DNA of 64,000 bases from Vicugna vicugna (taxonomy: Eukaryota), in NCBI GenBank assembly GCA_013265495.1, contig MU058540.1, positions 2,753,696 to 2,817,695 of the forward strand, written 5' to 3'. Below, piece after piece: positions 36,861 to 50,799 of the stretch; position 1 is the stretch's first letter; each line of letters starts with the position of its first letter. Position numbers and translations under genes: made by a program. The notes under the pieces are model-generated. The model had not been told where the DNA came from and did not search any database. It saw only the letters and a list, made by a program, of their open reading frames with translations.

Positions 36861-39499
36861 ACTACATCTAACAGACAAATACTCAGTCACTTCATTAAAA
36901 AGACAATTTTCCCCTTCCCTTCCCCATGTACTTTGGGGACGGGTCAGTTCTCAGTCTTGCAATCTATTACTCCCCCTGTCCTCTCCTCTTCCTCACAACA
37001 CAGCAGGGATTCGTGAGGGGTGAACATACCCTCTCTGCCAGGGTTTCCTAGACAAGAGTAACCAGACACTGGCTTAAAATGTCTTCTACCTTGGAGAATC
37101 TGATGAAGCAAATTGGAGCAGGACCCAGGAATCCAAGTTAATTCTCTCCCAAGGAAGTTAGAGAAATACTGCTCTGCGACATATACTGAGTTGTCTCTAG
37201 TCTGGCTTATAGTAACCTTAATGATCAAGTTCTGCAGACTGACTTGTTAAGGAAGTGGAAGCTTAAAATATTTATAAAATCATTTCTTTCTCCCCATAGA
37301 CTGTCTTTCAAGATTACTGTCTTGCAAGGAGGCCCCCACTACCACCACAAAAAGGAAGGAGAACAATGACTTTGTTGTACAAATTTCTATCTGCCCCTCT
37401 TCCGACGCTCCAGAAACCTGTTGATTCTGGCCTGGGGAGCCCCAGGGGTCAACCTGATCAATGGAGCTATGCTTTCAAAAGTATATTTTAAAATCTCCAT
37501 TCACTAACAATAACATCTTAATATTAATTGAGAACTTACTATCTACAAGGTGTTGCGTGCATTATCTTCTTTAATCTCCAGAGCAACCTTACACTATAAC
37601 TACCCCCAGTTTACAGATAAGGAAACTGAGGTGTATAGAGGTTAAACAACTTGCCCAGGGTCACACCACTTACAGTGGAAGAGGCAGGATTTGAACTGAT
37701 GTCTGGGTAATTCTTAAGTTTCTTTTAATCACTAAGATATCCCTTCCCTACTTGAGCTTGAGGCCTCTTGGAAACTGTCTGGTCTGATCTTTCTATTTTA
37801 TAGGTGTGGAGATATAGGCAGAGAGAGGGAAAGTGACTTGTCCAAGGACACACATCTAGTCAGCAGCAAGGCTGGGAATGGACCCCAGGCCTGGGACTCA
37901 ATCCAGTGCTCCTTTCCTCAGCCTTTGTGCCTTGGTGCTGGCATTCAACGTGCAACATACGACATTCAGTATGCCGTGTACAGAGCTGCTGAACTGCCTG
38001 AAGACAGTGAGATCTGCCTGATGGTTTCATAATTTCACTAGTTCTTAAAATGAGAGGGGCCTAACCAAGAGCACTACTTCAACGCTGCCGTATTGTAAAT
38101 TTCTATTCACTGATTTCAAATGTGTACATTTTTGCTTATGTCTCCAAATCATCTGCAATCTTTCTGTTATGCAAGTTTTTAGGAATCTGGTGATTTTTTT
38201 AGAAAAAGGGTGTGGCTGGTAGCCTCATCAGGGCAGCTCGGGACCCATAAAGGCTTGTTTCACCTTTGCAAGGTGCAAAGCCCTGAGGCAGGGAACTCCT
38301 TTGAGGCTGTAATTGGGGTGAGAAGCCTTTTGACCTCCAGCCACAGGATCTTTATCCCAGACTATTTCAGAACCTGGAAGGTGAGCTTCCAAGTAGAGGA
38401 AGAAACAGAGTTCATTTTTGGTGAATGGCTACAATGAGCCAGATCCTGTGTTAAATACTTAATCCCCACCCTCACCCTGTGAAGTTGGTACCATTATCCT
38501 CCTTTTACAGATGAAGAAATCAAGGCTCAGAGAGCTATGTCTCACAGCTTTTAGATTAGTTGACCTGGAGTTTGAACTCAGAGTCTGTTGGACTCTAGAG
38601 ACTCTATGTAGGACACCATGGCGCCATCAAGGGTGAAATGCCACCTGCAAACTTTACTAAGGCCTGCAGGTCCCACCATCTGCTGCCAGACATGGTTCCT
38701 CTTCATCCTCCCTCATTCTTGATCCTCCCCTGAGCTGCCCATTCCTGATTATGTGCTGCTCTCATCTGGTCATGCTTGTGCCCATCTCAGCTTTCATCTT
38801 CTGGCTGGAAGGAGATGTTCTAGAGAGGGTAATCGCTGCACGCCCACCCATGCCCTTTCTGGGGGACTCCTTATCTCAAAACTGCAGCTGTTGGCCCTGG
38901 GATGGACACCTGACCAAGGTCAGTTCAGGTGTCATTAGCCCAGTTGCTTGTACTCTGGCCTTACTTAGCAAAGAGGACCTGTTTCAATCAGATGTTTTTT
39001 CAAGAAATGAAACTAGACATTGAATCAATAGCAGCACTTGAATTATAAAGATTGATACTAGAAAGGAGACTAGGAAATGGGGAAAGGTGTGATGATCTAC
39101 TTCTGAATTGACGAATAAATAAGACTATGTAATGAGAAAAAAATATATGTGCAGAGAGTGGTAGAAACGTTATAAATACATATATATTATATATATATGT
39201 AAAAACAGCTGCAGTTTCTGTGAGGCCATGCTGTGTGGCAGTTCCTGTTCTTGGACTCCCATAATTCTCTGTGTCTTTTCATAAACCTCCTTTTCCTGGA
39301 GTAAATTGAATGGATTTCTTCCCTTCCTTGAAACCAGAGCAGCTTTGTCTAGAGCAGGAGGAAACCTGAAATAATTTATAAGGTTTGAACTCCCTTATAA
39401 TTGGCAAAGGACACCTTTGGGTTAAGAGCTCCCAAAGGGCTCCAACTGACAAGACTCAAGGAACAACTTTCAAGCAGTAAGTAAAAAGCGGTCACATAG

Positions 39500-40015
39500 T
39501 TTTCCAGTTATCTATTGCTGTGAACGATACCACCCCAAACTGAGGGACTTAAACAATCATCATTCTTTTGCTTATAAATCCATAATTTGGGCAGGCTAGG
39601 CAGTGACAGCTTGTTTCTTCTCCATGTGGCCTCAGTTGGGGTGGCTGAAAGACTGGGATTGGACTCACCTGAAGGCTGACTCATTCACTCACTCATGCAC
39701 TCACTCATTCACAAGTTTGGAGGGAGACTGGTGCTAGCTGTTGAATGGGACCTCAGCTGGGGATCTATCAGACACCTACATGGGGCCTCTCCATGTGGTT
39801 TCTCCCCTTTTTTGCAGCATGGTAATTAGGTTCCAAGAACAAGCATTCTCAGAGGTGGAAGTTGTATCTTTTACGACCTTGGAAGTCACATAGCATCATG
39901 GACACACTCAGATTCAAGGGGGGAGAACATACATTATGTCAACATTACATTGTAAGAGACCATGTTGGATGGGGTATATTGTGGTGCCCATTTTCAGAAA
40001 ATATAATCTGCCACA
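39500..40015 (-). mobile_element. MaLR LTR (MLT1 family)
   Basis: agttatctattgctg...ccaccccaaact...acttaaacaa start and aatataatctgccaca end. Confidence 0.7.
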
Positions 40016-40725
40016 TAGAACTAACAAGTTATAGACATCAGGGAGATGGAGAAAGCCCCTGACCAATGCATATTAGATCAGCAACAGATTAAAACAAATG
40101 TATATTAAATCAGCAACAGATTAAGAGCTTCAATAAAACTGCTGCTGCAGTAAGACAGAATTATAAAAAGCAGAGAGAAGTATGAAACACATCATGTGGG
40201 AACATTTAATTGAGGTGCAAACAGCCTAGCAGACCCCAGTAACCCCTGGGATTCTCACTATCTAAGAGTACACTAATGCTGAACCTGAACCATCTGTTAA
40301 GAAGGGGGTGGGATGGGGTGATATCATTTGGAATGATTTACATCAGAAATCATCAAAATAATGTTTTGGGTTTTAAATGAATACCTTCAATAACATGTTA
40401 AATTTCCTTTGTTATGACAGATAAATATCACTGCAGTATCCTATAATTAATTTATGTTTTACCTTTCAATAAGAAAGAACAATCTACCTTATAGTTCTCT
40501 TGGAGATATTCCATTATCTCCTAGCCTCCACTGCTGTGGAAGATAAGTCTGCTGTTACTCTTAGTTCCTTTGTAGGTCCTCTGTCTTACTTCCCTGGTTG
40601 CATTTAAGGCTTTTTTTTTTTTGACTCTGGTGTACTATACTTGTTCTTACATATATGTCTACCTGTGGAATTAGAAAAAAAAATTCTGCTCAGAGTTCAA
40701 TATAATTCTTCATTCCAATGACACA

Positions 40726-41448
40726 TGTTGTCTAATAAAGAATATGTCTAGTCTGTCCTGAGTTCTGAGGACAGAACCTCTAAACCCTTCCTGATTTTCC
40801 TAAGTGATAGGGATGTCTTTGTTAACCATAGTAGGGTCCTCAGAATACACCTGAGTTTATGTTAATGAGTGATTCAGGATGCGGGCTGATCATACCAGAA
40901 AGACCAATCATGTGACTAGAGGGTTGGAGATTTGAGCCATGTGATATCAGCTCAACTTCCTCAGGAAGAGGAAGAGGGGCTGAAGATTGAGTTCAATCAG
41001 TCATCCATATATAATGAAATCCTGATGAATACTCTGGACACTTGAAGCTTGGGTGAGCCTCCTGGTTGTTGAATGTATCAGTATGCTAGGAAGGTGATGA
41101 GCCCAGATTCCATAGGGAGGGGGCATGGAAGTTTCATGTTTGGGACCCTCCCAGACCTCATACTATGTATCTCTTCATTTGGCTGATTCTGATTTGTAAC
41201 CTTTATAATAAAACTGTAATCATAAAGTATAGCACTTTACTGAGTTCTGTAAATTGCCCTAGCAAATTATGGAAGCTAAAGGGGTCATGGAAACCCCTGA
41301 ATTTGTAGCCAACTGGTCAGAAGTGAGTATGGCCTGGGGCCTTTCAAACTAGGTGGAGTAGGGCATTCTTACTGGGGACTGTGCCTGTAACCTGTGGAGG
41401 CTGCACTAACTCTGGGTTACTGCCAGAACTGCACTGCAGTACTGCAAA
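40726..41448 (+). mobile_element. ERVL-class solo LTR (MER21-like) inserted in an old L1 fragment
   Basis: taagtgatagggatgtctttg, aataaaactgtaatcataa and ctgaatttgtagcc motifs typical of MER21. Confidence 0.7.
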
Positions 41449-43101
41449 CATCTTTCTACACTCTGGAAGGATTTCAGTGTTAGACACATGTGCTCAGCAA
41501 ATACTACACTGGGTTACTGAAAAACCAGTAATGACTTCCCACTGCTTTTTGTTCCAATAGGAGCAATAGTGGTTCCTTTGCCTGACATCAAAGATATGCC
41601 ATTACCTATAGGAGAAATAATGTCCTACCTTTAATAGTGAAATTAAGCAGTATAAAAGAGGTAGTGTGGTAGATGGCATTAATATTCCTTTAGTATACAT
41701 GATTTGTGCTCTGTCCAGATTTTCTCAGATCCCTTTTCAGATTCTATTCCCTCTCTTGATTTCTGTGTGATTTTGTTTCCAAGAACCATGCGCCTGTGAC
41801 TATTTTTAAAGTCCTGGTCCAGGGCTACTGGAACTGCTTCACCTATATTCAGAAAGCCAAAAGTGCCCAGTTGCTTATGTCCCCTTAGAGCAGTCCTTAA
41901 CCAATAGCTGACAGCTGTGGAAATATGAAAGCCAAGCTTCCTTGCCTTGAGTTGGGAGAAACTCTGAGGTATAATTTATACCCCTAGAACACCCCTGGAT
42001 AAGGCTCAGCTCAGGACTTTGCCTGAAATTATACTCTTAGTTTTGTCTCCTTCCCTGTCCTGCTCCCCCACTCCCTTTCTGGATTCTTCTGGGAACACTT
42101 CCTTAATAGATCACCTAACCCACAAATTCCTGACTCAGGATCTGGGTCAGGGGAAACTAATCCAAGACAGTTCCCAATTATTCACTCCCAGCAGGTTGCC
42201 ATATGACTTACAGTGCCTGGGGAGAGGGGGAAATCTTCTCAGCCCTCCTTGAGTCAAGCTTGGCCATGTGATATGCTGTGACCAATGGAATATGATGAAA
42301 AGTATGCCACACATTACTTGAATCTTAAGAATCATCACATGGTACAAGAATTGTACAATTGTTCTTTTCTCTGGGGAAAGGCCAATATAGGAGGTGCTCT
42401 TTCAGCCTGGGTTCCAGAATAAGATGTGTGAAGCAGAACCACATCTGATACACAGCCAACATGTAATGTGAGCAAGAATAAACCTTTAATACTGTAAGCC
42501 CCTGGGCTTTAGGGGCTATAACTGCAGCATAACCTAACGTATATAACACAGGCAGTGCAGCATAGTAGTTAAGAGCATGTGTCCTGGAGTTAATGTAGCC
42601 TGGGGTCAAAGTCAAACTCTACCACCTACTACATGTATAACCTTGTTCAAGTTATCCAGCCTCTCCAAGCCTCACTTTCCTCATTTGTAAAATGGAGATA
42701 GTAATGATATTCAGAACCTCATAAGGTTGTTTGGGGATCAAATGAGTTAACATTTGGTAAATGCTTGATAAATATTAACTAAGGTGAACTATAATAATGA
42801 AGTTCAACAGTGCATCCTCAAGTTTGCAATGTTTTCTCCCACAACCACTGAGCTCGTTGGTTGTCTCTCCAGCATCCATTCCATTCTTCCCTCAGTCCTG
42901 ATTTCTGTTCGGAGATCTATGTGGTTCTGAACTGATTTCACTGTGACTTCACTTGGCTGAAGATGTGCCAAACAACCAACAGTGTGCTGTAAACTGGATC
43001 TCAGGAAGGCAAGGAGAGAAATCAGTTTCCATGATGCAAATACTCCATCCATGGCCAATTTCAAGCTACCAATGGTTTAACAACTGGCTTGCAAAATTCT
43101 T

Positions 43102-43256
43102 TTTTTTTTTCAACTTTTTTTTATTGAGTGATAGTCATTTCACAATGTTGTGTCAAATTCCAGCGTAGAGCACAATTTTTCAGTAATGCATGAACATACA
43201 TATATTCATTGTCACATTTTTTTCGCTGTGAGCTACCACAAGATCTTGCATATATT
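43102..43256 (-). mobile_element. Young 5'-truncated L1 3' end inserted in a MER63-like element (about 43010-43318)
   Basis: Poly-T head, L1 3' UTR text, perfect 10-bp TSD CAAAATTCTT at 43092-43101 and 43257-43266. Confidence 0.85.
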
Positions 43257-44079
43257 CAAAATTCTTGAATATTTAACAATCACCTAGTGAGCCAGTACAA
43301 GCCAGCTCCAGAACACCATATGCCACCTCTCTAACCATAATATATAAATGCAATATGCTCCAATCAGTGAGAACCTCAGGACTTCTGCAACTCCAATCAA
43401 ACATAAACAATTCCCATGAATTTTGCAAAATATAAACGAGCTTTCCAAAATGTATTAGGTTGAACATATGCAACTGCCAATATTTAACTAGTTTTGATCT
43501 ACACAAAAGGCAATTTCATATGATTCAGCCTAATAGATCAAATACGCTGGAAAATACGGCATTAGAAAGAAAGAGGAAGGAATGAAGAAAGATGGAAGGG
43601 AAAATGGAAGGAGGAAGAGAAGGAGGAGGTAGATGCTACCAGAAGCAAATCTGGAGAATGACCATGTGGAGTTTAAAAACAGAGTTAATCCTTTACAATG
43701 GGAATTAAATATAACTTTGGACAATTAGCTTCTTCAATATTCAATTACATACCCTCTTGGAAGTATCATATTAAACCATACAAGCTTATCTAGCAACTTC
43801 ATTCTTCCTAACTTGTTTTTACGGCACCGTGATTCCCCTTCTATCAAGGGCGAGACATTCAGAAGGTCTGAGGAGAGATTTTTGGTAGGCACCCTCCGAC
43901 ACGTTTTTGGGGAAATTCTGGGTCACGCCATCCAGGGAGTTCCATTTTCCCCGGGCCATTTTTCTCGTCACTCACTGGCAGCAAGCTGGGGAGTTAGGGA
44001 CTCGAATGGGGTGGGGTTCCTTCACCTCCCTGGGCCTCAGGTAACTCACCTGTGCAGTGGGGATAAGAAGGCCCCTCAG

Positions 44080-44600
44080 AGGCCGGCCGTGAGGATTAAA
44101 CAGGGAAATACATGCGCTGGGTACGACGCTCGACAGGACTCACTCAGTAGGACAACTTAAACACCGAGCAGCGTTTACGCAGCCCAGCCCCACGCAGGTG
44201 AAGAGACTAGTGCCTCCACTCCCACCGCCGCCGCCTCAGCCGCTTCCCGGCGGCCCCCGCGGTGGGCGTGGCCCTGCTTCCCAGAATGCTCTGCAGGTTG
44301 CTGCCGGTACGCGGGGTCGGTCCGTGCCCCACCCTGGAGAAGTCCACCGCGGCCATGCCCTCTTGCCACGTCCTGCCGCGCACCTCACACGAGCAGCATC
44401 TGCACGTCGACATCCCACAGCCGGCACGGATACTCTAGCCTACACCTCTGCACATAAGACCCTCTTTTCCGCGCGTCTACCCACACGGAATAGAGCCACG
44501 GAGCTCGGAGCATGCACAGAGCACAACACGGTTCATCTGCTGACGAACGGCGGGTCTCAGTCCTCACAACCAGTACGGAGACTCCAGCGTACACTCAGCC
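44080..44600. promoter_or_regulatory. Orphan CpG-rich island with no associated coding gene seen
   Basis: Local high GC and CpG density (ccgccgccgcc, cccggcggcccccgcgg) in an otherwise CpG-depleted interval. Confidence 0.6.
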
Positions 44601-44659
44601 TTCCCTCTGCTTCCCAAAGACATAGATGCGTATATTCCATGGTACATCAAACATAGAAC

Positions 44660-45160
44660 AGGCAATACACAGTGCACCACTTATACATGTGCACACTACA
44701 AACATGACATATTTTGCCAGAAAACTACGAGTCATTCACACCCCCAGACGGAGTTAGATTTCACACACACACACTACAAGGTATTGTCCCCCCTCACCCA
44801 AATGACATACATACATTCCACACTACACCAGACACCAAATATACCCCCATTAAACCCCCATTGAAAAGGACATACATTCATTGCACACAATCGGCCTACA
44901 TGTTACCCATAACACATCATAATACGACACACTACACAAGTTCTGTGCATAATGAATGCCCCTTACAAACACATGCCCACATCACATCATCACACACTCA
45001 GCAACATACACCCAACACACAAAACCCCAATGTACCAAAATATCCACACTCCACTCCACTGTGCACAAGCATGAATAATGACATGTAACCACACCTCAGC
45101 AGGCTGGACATTTATATACACTACATCAGACAAAAAATCACACCCACACTTGATCCACCC
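44660..45160. repeat. Degenerate (CA)-rich low-complexity tract
   Basis: Many acacac/catac units and strong G depletion on the + strand. Confidence 0.8.
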
Positions 45161-46959
45161 AACCCCTAGATACATCTGTATCCATGTGCCAGGGCCTAGT
45201 CTGATTTTATCACTGAAAGTCCTAAGTCCTAGGAAATACCTCAATCCGGGGAATCCAGGACGATAGTCACCCTACATATTGTTCAAATGAATCAGTACTG
45301 GACCCTCAATTAATACCAGTGCTAAAATCTGAGCTGCTCTGGGGACAAAGAGATAGGGGGCCACAGGGGCCCTGAGCTAAGGTGACTCGGGCATGGCTCC
45401 CATCCACCCCCACCCCTTGTCTATAGAAGGAATGCAGCTAAGGAGGAAATGCCCTAAAAACAAAGTTGCTATCAGCACCTTCCAAAAAATGGAAAGAAGG
45501 AGAGAGGCCTAACCACACCTAACTTAGGGGTTTTACCCTTGGCAAAGCACTTTTACTGAACATATTTCCTTTGATCATTACAAAAACCAGTGAGGTATGT
45601 AGTGTAGGTGCTATTATGATAATGATGCCAAAAAGCACAGGCACTTGCTTGAGGTCACACAGCACAAGTCAGGCAGAGCAAGTCTGGAAGAAATCCCATC
45701 TTCCTGTTCACCCCACCCAGACCTTCCCAGTCCTGCCAGCTGTCTGCACAGCACCCCGCCTTCCCCCATCCTGGCTGAGACACAGTGGCTAGAATCAGGA
45801 ACCACCTGTCTTGAGACACCACCTTCAAAAGCCTTTCATTCTGTCCTGTTAGGGCAAGGCGCCCAGGCTGCCCTGCCCTCAGGGCAGATTAGGCCTCTGC
45901 CTCCCTGATGGGGTTTAAGGTACATCAAAAGGGATCCTTGCACCAAAATAGCTCCCACAGGCCTTGTCTGGTAGATTGAAATCACACTGGGAGTGTCCCC
46001 TTTTAGGTAAAGGCATTGTACCTTGATGGCCTCTGCTCAAAATACATCTGTATTCCTGGGAGAGACTCCCACGCTGCAGCCTCCAGCACCTGTCATTCAG
46101 TGCATTGCAAGAGATGTTGCCTAATGCCAGTTTGCTGATGGGATTCGATTGTCTCTAGCAAGACCTGTGGGAATGGGGCACACGATGGCGAAGTCTGACT
46201 GTGTCTGAGGGAGAGTGTGAGAAGGGTACAGAGTGACTTGGAGAGGGGAAAACAGGATAACAGAGGTATGAGATGTTGAAAAGGATGGGGACACACCCTT
46301 GGCAGGGGTGGAGGATACCTTGCATCTAAGTAAGAAGGCAAAGGGAATGCCATGGGATGCCAGGAAGTAGAAAAGGGTCTAGTGTCTAGGGTGGGCATAG
46401 GGGAGGTGGAGATGTTGATGGGAGAGGGCTATTTATGAGGAGCCCCCTAGGGAGGGAGATGTTTGTGGGAGACACTGGTTCATTGATGTCGGCACCCTGA
46501 GCAGGCCACTTGAACATTGACAAATTATTTCTCTGTGGAAATTGCAGAAGAAAATCTAAAGACATGGGAAAATGTTTGTGATGTATTGATAAGCGAGAAA
46601 AAAAGGAGGTTACAAAACAGGGCATAGAGTGTGATCCTTATTTTGCAACACTGACTGGAAAGACACCAAAATGTTAGCTGTGGTTATCTCTGCTGTAGGG
46701 AGGATGACTTGCATTTCTCCTTGCAGCCTTTCCGTATTTTCCAGATTTTCTACATGAACTTGAAATATGACTTTTGTACGTATCAGGAGGGGTTATTTTA
46801 GAGAAAGATTCATTGGCTGTTTATTGAGTGCTTCTTAAATTCTACAATGTTGGCACCACACGTGATGTAGAGAAATGTAAACTATGGTCACGGTTCTCAG
46901 ATTATCCTTAAACCCAGTCATGACACAGGGGCACAGTTCAGTACACAAGAATGTGGTTG

Positions 46960-47400
46960 CTGGAACCAGACTCCTGGGTTCAAGTCCCTCTGTGACCCGG
47001 GAAAGTGGCTTGACCTTTCTGTGTTTTGGTTGCCTCATCTGTAAAATGGGGATACTAATAGTACCTGTAAGAATTAGTTGAGCTGATACATGTGCACATT
47101 TAGAAGAGCAGCTGGCACAGGGTAATCAGGACCTAACTATTAGCTGTTATTGTTATTAGTGGTTAAGAGCTTTACCTCTGGAGCCATCCTGTCTGGGTTC
47201 AAATCCTTGTTCTGTCCCTGCCTGGCTTGGGCAAATGATTTAATCTCTGTCTCTACTTCAGTTTCCTATCTTTAAAATGGGGATGAAAGTAATGGTGTCT
47301 CATTCATAGAGTTGTTATGAAAACTCACCAAGTGACTAAGGACAAAGTACTTAGTGCCTGGCACATGGGAAGTGCACAGTGAGTGTGAGCTGCTGTAATA
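46960..47400 (+). mobile_element. Two tandem MIR SINEs
   Basis: Two copies of ctgggttcaa...catctgtaaaatgggg/tttaaaatgggg...ctggcaca. Confidence 0.75.
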
Positions 47401-48718
47401 CTAATGCTCACTATTCCTATTATTATCATCATCATTACTGTTATATTGGGAGAGGCATGGATTAGAGCACCATCCATCAGAGCACCCTGTGCAGAGCCAG
47501 CAGAGAGGTCCAGGATACATGAGATGGTCTGATCTGGGTATTACAGGATGGCCCCATCCACTCTCTCTTGCCTCTCCTGTGTTGTCCTCCCACTCAAGTT
47601 ATTCTGGTCCTTGAAAATTTAAAACTATGGCCCCAGGAACCACTCCTTGCACATACACCCTGATCCTTGTTTAGCCATACACATGGTGGATTTATGATGA
47701 GCTAATGAAGGCAGGCTTCCAGGACTCTTATTTGCATGGGAAGTTCCCTGGCAATATTATATTTATAATTGTATCTTCTTTTTCTTATAGAGGACTTCCA
47801 TCATTGCATAAACTTAATCCCTACCTAGACCCTCCCTTAGTTTTAGAAAGGGGATTCCTAATTCAGACTTCCAAGGCCTCTGTTGAAATCCCACCTGTTT
47901 CTTTAACTGGGCCTGGTCATGGAGACCTATCTGGGTAGCATTTTTGCCTATCTAAGCCTGTTTTCCTTTGTTATTGGTGCATAGTATTTCATATCTCCTC
48001 TTGTAGCCATAGCCTCAACCTGTCACCATTTGGGCTGGTAATATCATTCATAAATGAATGAATAAATGAATGAATATACTCTGGATCTGCTTTGTTCTCA
48101 AGGAAAACCAGCAGGAAAATGGCTTAGTCTTTGGGTGGATCAAGCCCTTGGCAGACAGGAGAAGCTGGAAGGCCTTTTGAAACTATGTGAAACAAGAAGC
48201 CTCTGAAATCCCAGGGTGGGTGGCAGCTTAGAAACATGACTACAAGTCCAACTGGGAAAATGTTTTACAACTGGAGATTTAACCAGAAACTGAAATGGAT
48301 GAACGGTCACAGATCAGGGAGAAACGAGCCCTGTTATACCTGTGTTCTTTACTGAGAGCTTGTGTTCTTCTTACATTTAGGCTTTATTAATGCTGCTCTG
48401 CTGGTCCACTTTGTTAAGGATTTATGTTTTTATTGAAAAAGGAGTGAAATTGACAAGAGAAGAAGCCTGTTTTTCTCAAAGTTAGGCATCAACTCCCAGT
48501 GTCTCCCTGGCTTTCTGGACTATATTTGAGGGGACTTTTCCAGGCTGTTCTCAGAAACTTCCAATTTATCTCATACAAGACACTTCTTCATACTCTTTGT
48601 GATGTTTTATGTACCTCAGCTATATCTTTTCTGCAACTTTTGGCTCTGGGAGGGTGAGGACTTTCATATCCCATCCGTGACAAACACTCAAAGCTAAAGA
48701 GTTGGGATGTTAAATAGG

Positions 48719-49228
48719 TGTGATGTTTAATTTTGTGTCAACTTGGTACCCAGTTATTTGGTCAAGCACCAGTCTAGATATTGCTGTGAAGGTATTTTTC
48801 AGATGTTATTAACATTTAAGTGAGTAGACTTTGAGTAAAGCTGATTACCCAACATAATGTGGTTGGGCTGCATCCAGTCAGCCGAAGGCCTAAGACAAAA
48901 GACTGAGGTCCAACTTCTCCCCACCCCAAGAAGAAGGATTCTGCCTCTAGATTGCCTTCAGACTCAAGACTGCAACACCAATTCCTGCTGAAATGCCATT
49001 CTGTCAGCCTGTCCTATGGATTATGGGCTTGCCTCCATAATCACATGAGCTAATTCCTTACAGTAAATTTGTCTCTCAGTCTCTCTCTCTGTTTCTCTAT
49101 ATCTATCCATCTATGTCTCTCTCTCTCTATATATATATATATTATATATATACACATATATAATATATATACATGTATATAAATATGTATTTCCTATTGG
49201 TTCTGTTTCTCTGGAAGAACTTAATATG
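48719..49228 (+). mobile_element. ERVL LTR (MLT2-like) with an internal (TC)n/(TA)n tract
   Basis: TGTGATGTTTAATTTTGTGTCAACTTG start, ctgtgaaggtatttttcagatg, and cctattggttctgtttctctgga end. Confidence 0.8.
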
Positions 49229-49682
49229 ATAGGTCTGAATGTAAGTTGTTTCTGGCTTGAAAAAACCATTCTCAATGTGAATGACTTTTCATGATTTAAG
49301 TGGTTGGACAGGTGCAAGGCATCCTGGAGACCTCAGCAAGTCTTCTTGTATTTCCCTCAACTTCTGAGTCGGCTTGGACTTAAACCTGCAGTCACAAATA
49401 AACATTAGGAAGGAAAATATGACTCCTCCTCTGGGACTGCCACCCCCACCCCCATGTAGTTAGCTACATCTAAACTTATGTGTGTTTGTAATAGCAAAAG
49501 CCTGGATGGGGACAGCCTAAAGTGGTCCACCTATGTGATGGAGTTAACTGTAGCAGTACAAAGGAACAGGAGGCTTTCTCTATACTGATGTGGGACAGCT
49601 CTAAGATAAGTTGAGTGAATAAAAGCAAGGATCCCAATACTGTGTTTTAGATAGGTGAAAAGAATATATGCATATTTGCTTA

Positions 49683-50067
49683 CAGATCCAGTCTCTCATC
49701 CACAATTCCAAAATCCAAAAAACTCTAAAAACTGAAAGATTTTTCTTTGGTTTGTGACAAATTTATTTGGTAGTAAAACCAGAGCTGAAAGGATATGAAG
49801 CCATTTGTATCTGTTACTTACCCCTGTTAGTGTGAATACCTGTGAATACCTTATACCTGAGACCTAGAGTGACCCATGGAACTCTTTGCCTGTGACCGAG
49901 GGGTTCCTTAGACTTGGAATTGACAATGTTAAAATCCTGGATGGGGGGAAGGAAGGTGTTACAAAATGCATGGTATATGTACTTCATTACTTGTCTAAAA
50001 TCTGTAAAGGTCTGCATTCTGAAACCCATTTGTCCCCAAATGTTTTGGGTGAAGGACTGTGGACCTG
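49683..50067 (-). mobile_element. Tigger-type DNA transposon fossil (MER46C-like) within an old L1M fragment
   Basis: CAGATCCAGTCTCTCATCC and GGGTGAAGGACTGTGGACCTG are imperfect inverted termini. Confidence 0.6.
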
Positions 50068-50248
50068 GGTATTCATAGACCAACTCAATCAGGAGACATA
50101 AGCAACCAGCCACAGCCTCTGGGAAGGAAATGGGTGGCTGGAGGGCAGGGATAGGAGGGAGTTTTTGCTGCATATCATTTTGCATCTTTTGACTATATTA
50201 TCTCCTCAAAAAATAAATACAGGAAATTATGGAAAAACAAAACTCTCT

Positions 50249-50460
50249 TGAGATTTACAAATGTTAGCCACTATATATAAAAATAGATTTGAAATAAGTT
50301 TCTTCTGAATTGCTCAGGGTAATATGTTCAATATTTCATAATAACCTTTAATGAAAAAGAATATGAAAAGGAATATATGTATATATATGCATGACTGGGA
50401 CATTGTGCTGTACACCAGAAATTGACACATTGTAACTGACTGTACTTCAGTTAAAAAAAA
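50249..50460 (+). mobile_element. Young 5'-truncated L1 3' end with poly-A tail
   Basis: tgtgctgtacaccagaaattgacacattgtaactgactgtacttca plus poly-A; TSD AAAACAAA(A)CTCTCT at about 50234-50248 and 50461-50474. Confidence 0.85.
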
Positions 50461-50799
50461 AAAACAAACTCTCTACACTTTTGATTAAACTACAAATAGA
50501 ATTTTTTTAATTTTTGAAAAAATAAGTTACTGTGCTGTTGCTACTGATGCTGTCAAAGCCATGTTTGTCTTTCTGATTCTGCTGATTCCTGTCCTCAGAG
50601 CTACTTGTCCGTCGAGCCCTGATTTGGGAGTCAAGAGACTTGTTTTTCATTTTCTGAGCTGAGTGCTGGGTCAGTCTCTTCCTGGAGCAGCAGGTGGACC
50701 CTGGCTCTTGTTTCAGCTGCTTGCTCCACAGCCCCAGGCAATTTTTTTTCCTGGTTGGTAGTTATTATTATTTTGAAAAACCAAGAACAATCATGCAAA

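Noticed and set aside
20847..40115. Short local duplications (20847-20871, 23166-23186, 30740-30783, about 40070-40124) as an array or CRISPR-like system
   Set aside because: Unrelated two-copy slippage events with no shared repeat or spacer structure, in a eukaryotic context.
44198..45088. 152-aa Pro-rich and 124-aa His/Thr-rich ORFs
   Set aside because: Non-ATG starts, composition explained by GC-rich and CA-rich sequence, and no exon structure.
45641..45685. Additional p53 site (GAGCAAGTCT half-site with imperfect neighbours)
   Set aside because: Only one perfect half-site, irregular spacing, and it lies inside a MIR-like repeat.
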